From: Azolla caroliniana
Taxonomy: Eukaryota > Plantae > Polypodiophyta
NCBI GenBank assembly: GCA_043228905.1
Contig: JBHGNT010000018.1
Location: 10,664,001-10,728,000 of the forward strand
DNA: 64,000 nt
Direction: 5' to 3'
Shown: in pieces, positions 36,310 through 48,561 of the stretch
Numbering within the stretch: the stretch's first letter is position 1
Layout of the letters: every line of letters starts with the position of its first letter
The notes under the pieces: model-generated
The model's input: the letters and a program-made list of their open reading frames with translations, nothing else
Told to the model about the DNA's origin: nothing
Database searches by the model: none
Made by a program: the position numbers and the translations under genes

Positions 36310-39300
36310 TAAGAATGGGAAATGACAACATCATATGCCGTTTTGAAGGAAGATGATGATGAAGGAGGTATAATTACCATGGAGCAAAAAGAGAATATGA
36401 TTTCAGAATTTCCTAACCTTTTTATTAGTGATTATTCTTATATTAGGGGTGTAGATGTCATCCAACATCACATAAATCTAAAGGATGGTACAATTCTAGT
36501 TGCACAAAAGTTGTGAAGGCTAGGACACGTGCAAAAGGAGGCCTTATTGAAGGAAGTCAAAGCTTTGTTGTGTGCACAATTCATTTATCCAGTGGAGGAT
36601 TTTGAATGGGTTTCACCCATTGTGGTGGTACCTAAAAAGAATGGAAAGTGGAGGGTTTTTATTGATTACAAACCTCTAAATGCGGCTACCAAGAGGGATC
36701 ACTTTCCTCTCCCTTTCCAAGATGAAATGTTAGATGAAATTGCAGGTCGTGAAATGTATTCTGTTTGTGATGACTATTCAGGTTATTTTCAAATTTGTAT
36801 TGCAGAAGAGGATCAAAAGAAGACGACATTCATCACTCCATGGGGATGGTTTGCCTATCGATGCATGCCTTTTGGACTCACAAATTTTGTTTTTACGTTT
36901 AATCGTCTTGTTATTCATGTATTCCAAGGCATTCTTTGGAATGTTTATTAGAGTCTTTATGGATGACTTTGCAATTTATAGTAGCAAGAAAGACCATTTG
37001 GAAAAAGTCTGCTTGGCATTCAAGGGATTGGAGGAATGCAAAATGCAACTCAACCTAGAGAAGTGTCACATAGGTGAAAAGGAGGTGATGATGGTTGGTC
37101 ATGTGGTGTCTCAAGAAGGAATCAAAGTTGATAGCTCTAAGATTGAAGCAATTCAAAAGATGACATCACCCACGAGTATCAAAGATTTGGAGGTCTCCAT
37201 TGCAAGAATTGCTAAATGGGCTCTACGATTGGCAGATCGTGATTTTGAAGTCAAATTGGAATCAACTATACATGTTGAGTTGGCGGATCTTCTCACCTTT
37301 AGAGAAAATTTCCATGAAGAAGACTTGGTAAAGCTATGAAATGCACTTCCTAAACCTGATATGGACAATGCATTCACCTTATTCTTTGATGGAGCGTTAT
37401 GCAAAGCCACAAATGTAGCCGTGGGTGGAATTATTCTCAAGGATCCTCAAGGAGAAAGTGTTAAAAGTGAAGGTATTACATTATGTGATGTGAAATCAAA
37501 TAATGAAGCGGAGTATGCTACTTTGTGTTATGGTCTTCGTCTATGTAAAGTTATGAAGATAAAAAGCTTCATTATTAAGGGGGATTCCTTATTGGTAATT
37601 AAACAAATTCAAGGCAATTGGAAATGTCAAACTGATGGGTTTAGAAATTTTTATAAAGAAGCAATGAGTCTACTAAGGTCTTTTGAAAAGATAGAGGTTA
37701 AGCATGTGGGGAAATTATACAATAAAGAAGCTAATACATTAGCTTAAGCCCAATTAGAGAAGATCAAGGAAGGGTTCGTTGGTGTTTTGGAGACATGCAA
37801 AGATGTAGACTCCCTAGAGGATGTACACAATTTTCTTAATAAAGGAGAGTTCCCAAATAATCTCAATGCTTTTCAAATAATGTGTTTGGTGACAAAGGCT
37901 TCACAATATCATTTGGTAGGTGAAGATTTGTACAACAAAGTGAAAGATGGAATTTTATGAAGAGTTCCTAACAAAAGCGAGTTCATAGAGATACTCTTTA
38001 AGATGCATGAAGAAGTTTGTGGTGGGCATTTAGCCCATGATATAATGATAAGAAAGATTTTATTAATTGGTTTTATATGGCCCACTATACACAGGGATGT
38101 GCATGATTGGTGTAGATCTTGTGATGCATGTCAAAAAGCGGGAAGAAGACATCTAGAAAGTGGTCCTTTACAACCTATTGTGGTGTTTGCTCCATTTGAG
38201 AAATGGGGAATTGATGCAGTAGGACCTCTTCCCAGAACTCAACATTGTGAAGAGTTTATTTTGGTGGCCATCGACTACATGACAAAGTGGGTAGAAGCTG
38301 TGGCAACTTCTTCGATTAAAGCCAAAGATGTAGCCCAATTTGTGTATAAGAATATTTGTACTAGATTTGGAGTTCCCATGGAGATTGTATCTGATCATGG
38401 ACCATGTTTTAGGAGTGACATGCTTGTGAGTCTATTAAACAAGTTGAAGATTAAGCATTGATATTCAATGCCTTATTACCCTCAAGCAAATGGTGTAGTG
38501 GAGAAAGTGAATGGACTTATAGTGAAGAATTTGACAAAGTTAGTGCAAGACAAAGTAAGAACATGGGATAGGTATTTGGATTATACTCTTTGGGCTTATC
38601 GTGTTTATTATAAATCCTCCATAGGTTTTACTCTTTTTTATTTGGTTTATGGTCAAGAAGCATTACTTCCTATCAAACTTGTGATTAAAAGTAATAGATT
38701 AATGGAGGCATCGCATCGCTTAAAAGGTAATGCTGTGATGAGTCGTTTAGCGAGCAACCATCTACTACAATATTCAAGAGAAGAAGTCGTGGAGCATTAC
38801 TTAAATCAAGCAATGAAGAGAAAGGAGGCGTATGACAAAAAACACAAGAGTAACCACATTGAAGAAGGATCATTGGTTCTTAGGTATGATAATAGATATG
38901 ATTATATTCAAGGACAAAAGCTTGATAATAAGTGGGAAGCACCATTTGTGGTTCACAAAAAGTATACCAACAGAAGTTACCAATTGAAAAATGTGGATGG
39001 AGCACTTCATCCGTATCGAGTCAATGGATGACGCCTTAAAAAGTATGTAACTAGGGGACCTACTTATATTCCTCAAGTTATTAATGATATTGTTGATACC
39101 GATGGATGGGGGCAAGAAGTGGACTTGTTTCCCCATACATTATTTTCTTAATAGTCCATATTGTATACCCATCTTTCTCTCTATTGACAAGGAGGAAGAT
39201 GGTGATAGTGATTGTCGATTTTATTTGTAGAGAATGTTCACGAGGTTTTTTCTAACGATTAGCAGGGGTTTTACTCACATCTTTCTTATGTTTTTCTTTT

Positions 39301-40442
39301 GTTTATATCTCTCTCATTGTCTATAGCCAAGAGATTGGTGAGAGAAACTTAGTTTGTTAAGTACTACCATTAGGTGCTTCGTCTTAAATGGCTTAGCCTT
39401 CAACAAGGGGGAGGGCTAAATGTGAAAGTGTTTTTAGAATTCAAGCTATTGAACTCTAAAAGAATATAAGGTATGGAGCATGCACATTTGGAGGACAAGA
39501 ACACAAACCAAGATCTTAAGGAGAAGTCAAACTAAAAGCAGGAGACGTGGAGAAAAGTAAAAAGAGAAGAAGCGGGCCACCTAAAAACAATATGGGTTAA
39601 AAATCTCATAAAGAGAGCTATCTGTAGCTTTTTAAATCTCAAAATTTTTAGCTTGGATGAGGGAGATATGACGATGAGAAGGTTGTTGTGTCATAGCCAA
39701 AAATAGGAGATGAAAAACTTTTATAAAGACCGTGAAAAAGAGAGGAAGTGGGAGGAAGAAGATTATAAGAAGTGAGATGGAGGAGGCTAAGGAGGGGGGC
39801 TAGATGCTAGAAGTGTTTTATTGTATTAGATCTCATTCTAATCAAGATTAGTGATTTATACATATGTTGCCTTTGTTTGTAGACTCTATGGACATTAAAA
39901 TCGTTGTTGAAGGTGAAGGATTTGAAGAGAATTGAGTTGTTTTGTAGAAGTTTATTAGCCACATTAATTACTTAATTACTCTTTCTATATTTATCGTCTC
40001 TCTAATTATTTTAGTATCGCATATCCTCATTGAAATCTTTCTCTTTTAGAGGCGTATGACTAGTGAAGATTTCGTGGCAATTGAAGTTACCTTCTCAAAG
40101 TAATTTCTGTTCGAAGACAAGCGGTTGTGTCTCAACTTTGGTAGAGAAAATCTCCCCAAATTATATTTGGGAGGTGACATCTATATTTCTAAATTATCAT
40201 TTCCTTTCTCTAATTGTTTGTAACCATCTTCTTTAAAGTTTCTTCTTGATTTATAAGTCATAAGCTATATATACGTTTATATGACCCTTAATCTCTTAAT
40301 CCCTCTTAATTTCTTGAGTCTCTCTCCCTAATTCATAGCCACCTTGGTCTCTATAATATATTATAATTCACAACTCTCTCTAATCGTTTTGGTCAATCCC
40401 TCATATTGTGTATGACTATCCTTTGTCTAATACACTCTATCA
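36310..40442 (+). mobile_element. Degenerate Tat-type Gypsy G3 (RT, largely deleted RH, additional archaeal-type RNase H, INT); 3' LTR 39421-40442
   Basis: WVSPIVVVPKKNGK/FMDDF RT; FDGA..SNNEAEY..KGDSLLVI..NKEANTLA aRH; WGIDAVG/SDHG/VEKVN integrase; PPT AAGGGGGAGGG before TG at 39421; LTR ends ..TATCA where Copia C5 resumes. Confidence 0.85.
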
Positions 40443-42124
40443 CTTTGCAAGATGGATGGCACTCTGATTATCGCAGTGGAGTCAGATTTCTTCTTGCCAA
40501 ATTCCCAGCTAACTCCTTCATCCATATGATTTCCTTGCCGGCTTCCATTGTGGCCATATACTCGGCTTCTGTGGTCAACAACGCCACGACCTTTTGCATC
40601 CTCGATTTCCACGAGATAGTTGCGCTTGCATACGTCATTACGTATCCGGACATGGATCGGCTAATATCCACATCAACCAACATGTCTGAATCAATATAAC
40701 CTTCCAATAGGGGTTTACCTAAGCCGATTCAAAGACACACATTCAAGGTGCCTTTAAGGTACCGATGTATCCACTTCACAGAAATCCAATGATCTTTTCC
40801 GGGATTGCTCATGAATTGGCTGACCACGCCGACTGCATATCCAATGTCCGGCTTGGTACATACCATCGTGTACATCAGGCTTCTGACTACTGAGGCATAA
40901 GGAACCTTATTCATCTCAGCCTTCTCTATTTTCGATTTCGGACATTGGTCTTTGCTTAGCTTGCAGTTCGTCGACAGTGTCGAGCTGACTAATTTCGCAC
41001 TTTCCATGCTGAATCTTTGGAGCACCTTTGTCACTTACTTTTCTTGTGACGACCATAATAACCTCTTTGTCTGATCCCGGACAATGTGCATCCCTAGGAT
41101 TTACCTTGCCGAACCCATATCCTTCATCGAGAATGACCTACTCAGGGCCTTCTTCAAGCTTCCGATTTTCTTTAGGTCTCATTTGATAATCAGCATGTCG
41201 TCCACATACAATAGGAGGATGAGAAAATCTCCTCCATCATATTTCTTGACAAAGACGCAATGATCCGCTTGTGTCTTGACGAAACCGTGATCCACCATGA
41301 AGGATTCAAATTTTCGGTACCATTGTCAAGGTGCCTGCTTTTCAGTCCATACAAGCTCTTTCTCAATCGACATAAAAGATTCTCTTTACCTTTTTCTTCG
41401 GATCCTTCTCGCTGTTGCATGTAAATCTCTTCCTCTGAATCTCCATGAAGGAAGGCAGTCTTGACGTCTAGTTGCTCGACTGCAAGGTCCATGCTGGCCG
41501 CTATGCTCAACCCTATTCGGATTGATGTCATCTTCATGACTGGGGCAAATATTTCGTCAAAATCAATACCCTTCTTCGGCTGAAAGTCTTTTACATAAAT
41601 TCGTGCTTTGTACCTAGGTGGATTCCCGCTTTCTCCCGGCTTCAATTTGTATACCCACTTATTCTGGAATGCCCTTTTCCCTTTCGGAAACTCGGTCAGT
41701 TTGTATGTGTGGTTCTCATGCAAGGAGTCCATCTCCTCTTGCATGGTACTCAACCACTTTCGGATGTTAGTATCTATCTTAGCTTCATCCAAGCCTTTTG
41801 GCTCCCCCTCATTAGTTAACAATACCTGTTCTTCATTCAGAAATCTCCAAGGGGGCCTTCTCTCTCTCAAGGGATATCTTCTACCTCCATTCGACATAGT
41901 CTATTCTTCTTCGAATTCTTCAACCGAGTCAAATTCGGTTCCTCATTCGGCCGGTTCCCCTTGTTCTTCAGTCGGTTCTCGATTTTTCCGAGTATTAAAT
42001 CAGCTAACTAGCTCGAATTAAATTTCGACCGAATTGACTTCTACTCTGAGGGTGATCAGTGCCTCAACCCAAAATGTCTTTGGTAACTTTGCATGTGCAA
42101 GCATACTTTGGACCCTCTCCATTA
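40443..42124 (-). mobile_element. Old Copia C5 (C1-related) INT/RT/RH remnant, base of the nest
   Basis: IMERVQSMLAHAKLPK, RRYPLRERR, DVKTAFLHGD, TEAEYM..IHLAK with frameshifts and an internal deletion near 42050. Confidence 0.85.
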
Positions 42125-44509
42125 TATTGGGAAATCGGTCTCTCCGGATGGGATCCAGTGATGAATTAAGAGGACCTGTTGAGAACAGGAAGAGAAGACA
42201 TATCTGTAAATATGTTTTGAGTAAGCCTATTGAGGCTATATTTGTAAATAGCACTAAGTTCATATAAGTATAAATATGACTTAGGGAAATCACTTTTTAT
42301 AGGTTGTTGTTGTTGTCATATTGTTGTACAGAGGGAGAGAGCGACAGAGAGAGAGAGAGAAAGAGGGAGATACTAAGCGATACTCTGTTGTAACCGTCGG
42401 TTGCCGAAGATACAGAGCTCGAGGTTGTTGCCTCCGAGGCTCTAATTGTACCTTTCCACTATAGTGATAGTTGGAGTCCGTGGGCTCCCGTGGTTTTTCC
42501 CATTTAGGGTTTTCCACGTAAACATCCTGTGTATTTCCTTTGTGTACTCTTCACTTCCCATTTCTGTGTTTCGTTCTCAGTGAAGTGTTCAAGAATTGTT
42601 TGTGGCCAAGCAATATTCCGCGCTATTCTTTTCAAATTGGTATCAGAGCGAACAACATAGGAAATGGAAGAATCGTTTAGTGGCATGTTCAAGCTCACCG
42701 GCTCCAACTACTCAGTTTGGAAGTCGAAAATGAGGGATATGCTGGTGGTTAAAGATCTTTGGTTGCCAGTCTAGTTCGGGGACAAGAGACCGGATAAGAT
42801 CGATGCCGTAGTGTGGGAGGTGTGTGCACATGAAGACGAAGGCCTACATCCGGTGCTTCATCGACATGAGCATGTACAACAACTTCAATGAAGAGAGCAA
42901 GGGTCATGAACTTTGGGAGAAGATGGACATCATGTTCCAGAACAAGAATGTTGTTAATAGGGTTTCGGTATTCCAAAAGTTAGTGAGGCTCCGATACCAA
43001 GATGGTTCCAGTATGGCGGAGCACATGAATGCCTTCCAAGGACTGATCCACCGGGCAACCTTGTTCAAAGTACCTCATGCCGATGAGGTACTCGCATTAC
43101 TCCTGTTCGGTTCCCTCCCGGATAGTTGGGAGGTGCTAGTTGTTACGTTGTCCAACGCCTGACCGGAAGGAAAGTAGTTGTCCCTAACAAGGGTAAAATC
43201 AAGCTTGCTAGATGAAGAAGCTCGCCGGAAGGACCGGGAGTCCGGAACCGATCCGAAGGCCTTGGTCACGGAAGATGACCACAACCGGGGAAGAGGCCGG
43301 TATCGGAGTCCCCAAAACCGGGACAAGTCAGGGACGAGGTCGAACTCAAGGGGGAGGCCCAACTGCTTCTATTGCAGGAAGCCGGGACACTTCCAGAAGA
43401 ATTGTCGGCAGTTCTGGAAAGAGAAAGAAACCGACACCACCGATTCGAAGAAGAGTTCAGACCGAAACAGTTCGGATCGGAGAGGCCCGGATCAGAAAGG
43501 AACGTCGGCAATCAGGACAAGTGAAGAAGAACTGATGCTCATTACTAAAGAAAATGAGTTAAACCTTGTCGGCGATGAGACAACATGGGTTGTCGATTCC
43601 GGAGCGTCGTTCCACCTGACTCCGGACTGGAGATCCTTCTCATCCTACACAACCGGTGATCATGGTTGTGTCTGGATGGGGAATGAAGGTACATGCCGAA
43701 TTGTTGGCATAGGAGATGTGTTGTTGACGACACCAACCAGATGCAAGTTGTTGCTAAAGGATGTCCGACACATTCCGGAGGTTTGACTGAACCTGATATC
43801 AGTCGATCGGCTAGATGATGAAGGCTACATGGGTAGCATCCAGAACTGAGTTATGAAGTTCAACAAAGGGAGCCTAATAGTGGCTCGAGCCCGGAGGGTC
43901 AACACATTGTACTTGATGACTGCCCATATATGCCGGGAAGAAGTGAATGTAGCATCTGACACTACCGGTGAGCTGTGGCACAAAACATTGTGTCACATGA
44001 GTGAGAAGGGGATGAAGAGACTTGCCGAAGAAAATATCATTCCAGTGAAGGACGTGCAACTTGAGAAGTGCACCGATTGTTTTACTGGCAAGCAAAACCG
44101 AACCTCCTTCTGGTCAAGACCACCGATGAGATAGAACACACCACTGGAGCTAGTGCATACCAATGTGTGTCAAGTGGACACGAAGTCACATTCCGGATCG
44201 CAATACTTCGTGACGTTCATAGACGATCAGAGCCGGAAGCTGTGGGTCTCACCGTTGAAGACGAAGGATTAGGTGCTATCCGTCTTCAAGAAGCTCCACG
44301 TGAGAGTGGAAAGAGAAACTGGCCGGAAGCTGAAGGCAGTTCGAGTAGATAACGTAGGAGAATACCGGGGGCAGTTCGAGGAGTACTACCGGTCGAAGGG
44401 AATACGACTTGAATTCACCGTGCCGAAGACGCTGGAATTGAACGGGCTGGCCGAAAGGATGAACCGAACCATAATGGAGAGAGTCCGAAGCATGCTAGTA
44501 GATGCCAAG
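42125..44509 (+). mobile_element. 5' half of degenerate Copia C4 (5' LTR 42125-42634, PBS 42638-42649, gag from 42664)
   Basis: LTR start TATTGGGA (mutated TGTTGGGA); TGGTATCAGAGC; WVVDSGAS; INT broken at ..SMLVDAK by C3. Confidence 0.88.
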
Positions 44510-44730
44510 TGACATGAACTGCACGCTCCCTATACGCAACGCTCGGCCACAAACCGAGCTTAGAATCATACACAGAAAACGGGAAATAAATGCACGACAC
44601 AAAGAAGAGAAGAGTACACAGGATGTTTACGTGGAAAACCCCAAACTAGGGAAAAAACCACGGCAGCCCACAGGCTGCAAACTATCACTATGTTAGAATG
44701 TACAACAGTGAGTTCACGGAGGCAACGACC

Positions 44731-44772
<42 letters not shown>

Positions 44773-46105
44773 TACACGGTTACGCGCTCTCTCTCTTCTT
44801 GCACCAACAAGAATAACAACTCAACACTCTAAAGTTTGCCCTAAGTCATATTTATACTAATATGACTTTTCGGCTATGTACAAACATAGCCACGATGGAC
44901 TCTCAGAAACATATTTATGAATATGTCTCTTCATCCGGAGAGCACTCCTCACCGGGTCTACACCATCCGGCTCTCCGTAGCCGGGTACTCCTCATCCGGT
45001 TCTCACCGGGTCTGCACCATCCGGCTCTCCGTAGCCGGGTACTCCTCATCCGGTTCTCACCGGGTCTGCACCATCCGGCTCTCCGTAGCCGGGTACTCCT
45101 CATCCGGTTCTCACCGGGTCTGCACCATCCGGCTCTCCGTAGCCGGGTACTCCTCATCCGGTTCTCACCGGGTCCGCACCATCCGGCTCTCCGTAGCCGG
45201 GTACTCCTCATCCGGTTCTCACCGGGTCCGCACCATCCGGCTCTCCGTAGCCGGGTACTCCTCATCCGGTTCTCACCAGGTCCGCACCATCCGGCTCTCC
45301 GTAGCCGGGTACTCCTCATCCGGTTCTCACCGGGTCCGCACCATCCGGCTCTCCATAGCCGGGTACTCCTCATCCGGTTCTCACCGGGTCTGCACCATCC
45401 GGCTCTCCGTAGCCGGGTACTCCTCATCTGGTTCTCACCGAGTCTGCACCATCCGGCTCTCTGTAGCCGGGTACTCCTCATCGGCACTGTTCTTCTCCCT
45501 TCCCATCCGGAGGGACCTGTCTCCCAACAAACTCCCCCTTCATTCCGGCATAGGGTGTCTTACTAGTCCGATCCTCTTTCGGCATGCATCCAACTTGTCG
45601 GGTATCAGCACTTTGGTTAGCATATCTGACCCGTTCTCGACCGTGTGGATTTTCGTCAGTGCGAACTCCTGGTCATCTACTCTTTCCCGGATCCAGTGAT
45701 ATCTTCGCTGGATATGCTTCGTCTGGGAATGGTAGGCCGCATTCTTAGCAAGATGGATGGCACTTTGACTGGTTCATCCTCTCGGCCAGTCCATTTAGTT
45801 CCGGCGTCTTCGGCACGGTAAATTTGAGCTGGATTCCCTTTGAGCGGCAGTACTCCTCGAACTGCCCCCGGTATTCTCCTCTGTTATCTGCTCGAACCGC
45901 CTTCAGCTTCTGGCCGGTTTCTCTTTCCACTCTCGCGTGGAGCTCTTTGAAGACGGATAGCACCTGATCCTTCGTCTTCAACGGTGTGGCCCACAACTTC
46001 CGGCTGTGGTCATCTATGAACGTCACGAAGTACTGCGCTCCGGCATGTGACTTCGTGTCTACTTGACACACATCCGTATGCACCAACTCCAGTGGTGCTT
46101 TACGT
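44510..46105 (-). mobile_element. 3' part of Copia C3 (3' LTR 44510-45529) with a ~2-kb internal deletion joining INT to the RNase H end near 45770
   Basis: TG..CA LTR with PPT GAAGGGGGAG; GLAERMN fused directly to QSAIHLAKNAAY sequence. Confidence 0.88.
44964..45482. repeat. About 10 tandem copies of a 54-bp (29+25) unit in U3 of the C3 LTR
   Basis: catccggctctccgtagccgggtactcct-catccggttctcaccgggtc(t/c)gcac starting every 54 bp from 44964 to 45450. Confidence 0.95.
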
Positions 46106-48121
46106 TGTTGCGTTGCTACGCGCGTGCGTGGAGAACAAGGCAGGACCACTGGGGTCTTGGACCGAGGAATAGGTGAGGAAGCGAAAGGAGAGAGAGAGAG
46201 ACACGCTCACACACGTATAGACAAAGAAGTGCGCAGGAACGTAGCCCAACAACACAAGAGACACAAGTTGAGCAGGAGATAGGGTAAAAGGGACGCGTAA
46301 ATAAATATATATATGCAGACGACTCGAACGGTTATAGCCGATCAGGTCGACGAGACGGGTGCCGACGCCTGATCACCCACGCACACAGGGGAGCAAGATG
46401 GAGATTTTGTCGTAAGCACACGGGCGTTCCACGGAGCAGAATCAACCTCTCGAGAACCTGCGCCAAGAAAGCTATGGAGAACGACAGAGGAGAAGAGCTC
46501 GGTCCCAGTCCGATAACACTTCGTCCCCTTTGGCGCGCGATACCTTCTCTCCCCGTCTCCCTCTCTTTTATAGCTCAAGAAGGGAGGCCGCCTTGCCCGT
46601 TTACATCACATTAATTCTCTGTCCTTTCGGACAGAGATACTCCTCCACTCTCCCTATAGAATATTGCTACTTAGGATCTGACCTTTGTGCCTACCTATCT
46701 ACTGTACCACAAGGGGCGTGCCCACGTGTAAGGGCCAGTTTACACACGCTATACACGGTTTGCGCATGGGGACGGTTTTCTTCACGACATCCACCCCCAC
46801 CTAACCGCGCATCCACCGGTATGTGCCAAAATTGGGTTCCTGCTTGGAGAAAACTGGTCCTTGCTTTTATTCCTCGTTAACCGGTTCATCCTCCGCCTCG
46901 GGTTGCTCGTCGTCGCTGTCCATGCCCCCTAGCTCCAGCTCCCCGTCGTGCCATTTCTTGAACGCTTTGATCCTCTTCCCCGCTACCGGTATTGCCATTC
47001 TCGTACCGTCGAGCTCCGTGAGATGGTACGTCCCATTGCCGTTGGCGCCTGTTACTACGTAAGGCCCGAACCACCTCCTTGCAAACTTCCGCGTGGCCCT
47101 GTGCTGATTGTCGAGGCTGTTGTCGTAGACTATCACCCAGTCGCCTTCCTCGATCTTCCTTGGCCTGGACCGGTGTGTTCGGTCGAACCGGGCTTTGTTC
47201 CTTATCCTCGCTACTCGAAGTTTCTCCGCGGCTCGCTCTACATCCTCCGGCCTCCGCTCGAGCTGTCGAATCCGCGCCGCCAACAGTTCCTCCCGGCTCA
47301 TCTCATCCCTCCAGTCCACCGTGGCCCACGAGGAGATCGTTCGCTCTGTTGGCATGATCGGCTTCTGTCCGAACATTAGCTCGGCCGGCACGAACCCGGT
47401 TACCGAACTGTGCGTAGTCCGGTCCGCCCACAAGGCATAAGGTAGCAGCCGTGGCCAGTCCTCGACTCGGCCTCCGCACGCCCGTACTAGCGCTTTGACA
47501 ATTGGCCCGTGCTCGCGCTCCACCTTCCCGTTCGCCTCCAGATTGTACGCTGTGGTGAGCGAAAGTTTGACTCCTAGCTGGTCGAACAACTCTTCGGCCT
47601 CTTCTGCGTCCAACTCACCACGGTCAGCCACGATCTTCCCTACGCACCCGTATCGGCATACTACGTCCTCAATCAAAAACCGGCACATGACTGCCGTCGT
47701 CTTGTTCTGCAGGGCTTGGCCTTCAACCTGGTTCGTTAGATCTTCCCGAGCCAGCACCAGATACCGCATCTATCCTACCCCCATTGGCATCATCACCAAA
47801 TCCACCATCCACTTGAAGTGGACGGTCGGAGGGTAGGTCGGGTGAAGCTCGTCCCGATGTCGGATCATGGAGTGCACCTGACAGCTTCCGCAAGTCGTCA
47901 CGAACCGATGCACGTCCCGGTATAGTCCCGGCCACCAGTATTTCCCCTTTAGCTTTTCGAACGTGGCCCACGTTCCACGGTGTCCAGCCCATGGGCTATC
48001 GTGGTACGCCGTCATCAAATCGTCCTGTTCCTCTTTCTTCGCCACCACTCGGAGCGGGATGCCGTTCCTCTTCTTCGGGTGCTTCCAGATGTATCCGTCC
48101 TGGAGAAAGAATCGGTAGGCT
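46106..48121 (-). mobile_element. 3' part of non-chromovirus Gypsy G2 (integrase 48121-46867; 3' LTR 46106-46789)
   Basis: YHDSPWAGH..CGSC, WMVDL, AREDLTNQVEG, ADRGE, WFGPY motifs; PPT GTGGGGGTGGA; LTR TGTCG..CAACA; interrupts C3 before RKAPLELVH. Confidence 0.85.
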
Positions 48122-48561
48122 TGTTGTCTGCCTGGCCAGACTAGCCTCAACACAGGTGTCTATCCGACACTTCTCCAAAGGGGTGGTAAGGATTGGATGC
48201 TAGGTTACACGCGTAAGATAATTACAATTAAGCACAGACGGTAAACAATACGAAGATACAGATAAACACACAATAATTACTTTTGTATTACTTCCGTCCC
48301 ACCCTTTACAAATCATCGAATCCTTTTATAGGCATCCGGCAAGGTTACAATCGGTGCGCTTAGGCAACCGACATCCGAATCGGTCCGGATCCGGATCGGT
48401 ACAACTGTACCGTATCCGTCCCTCCGAATAATAATTCTACTATTATTTACTTCCTATTATCTGATCCGACTCCGCCTTCCCACTTGTCCTTGCTCTTCTG
48501 ACCGCCCAACACATGGCACGCCCGTGGGAAAGTGCCTTGCACTTCGAATCCACTCCCGGCC

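Noticed and set aside
44964-45482. CRISPR-like array of palindromic repeats
   Set aside because: Units are contiguous and near-identical with no unique spacers, there are no cas genes, and the array lies inside a plant LTR.
44862-45699. Long repetitive ORFs in three frames
   Set aside because: By-product of a stop-poor 54-bp unit (a multiple of 3).
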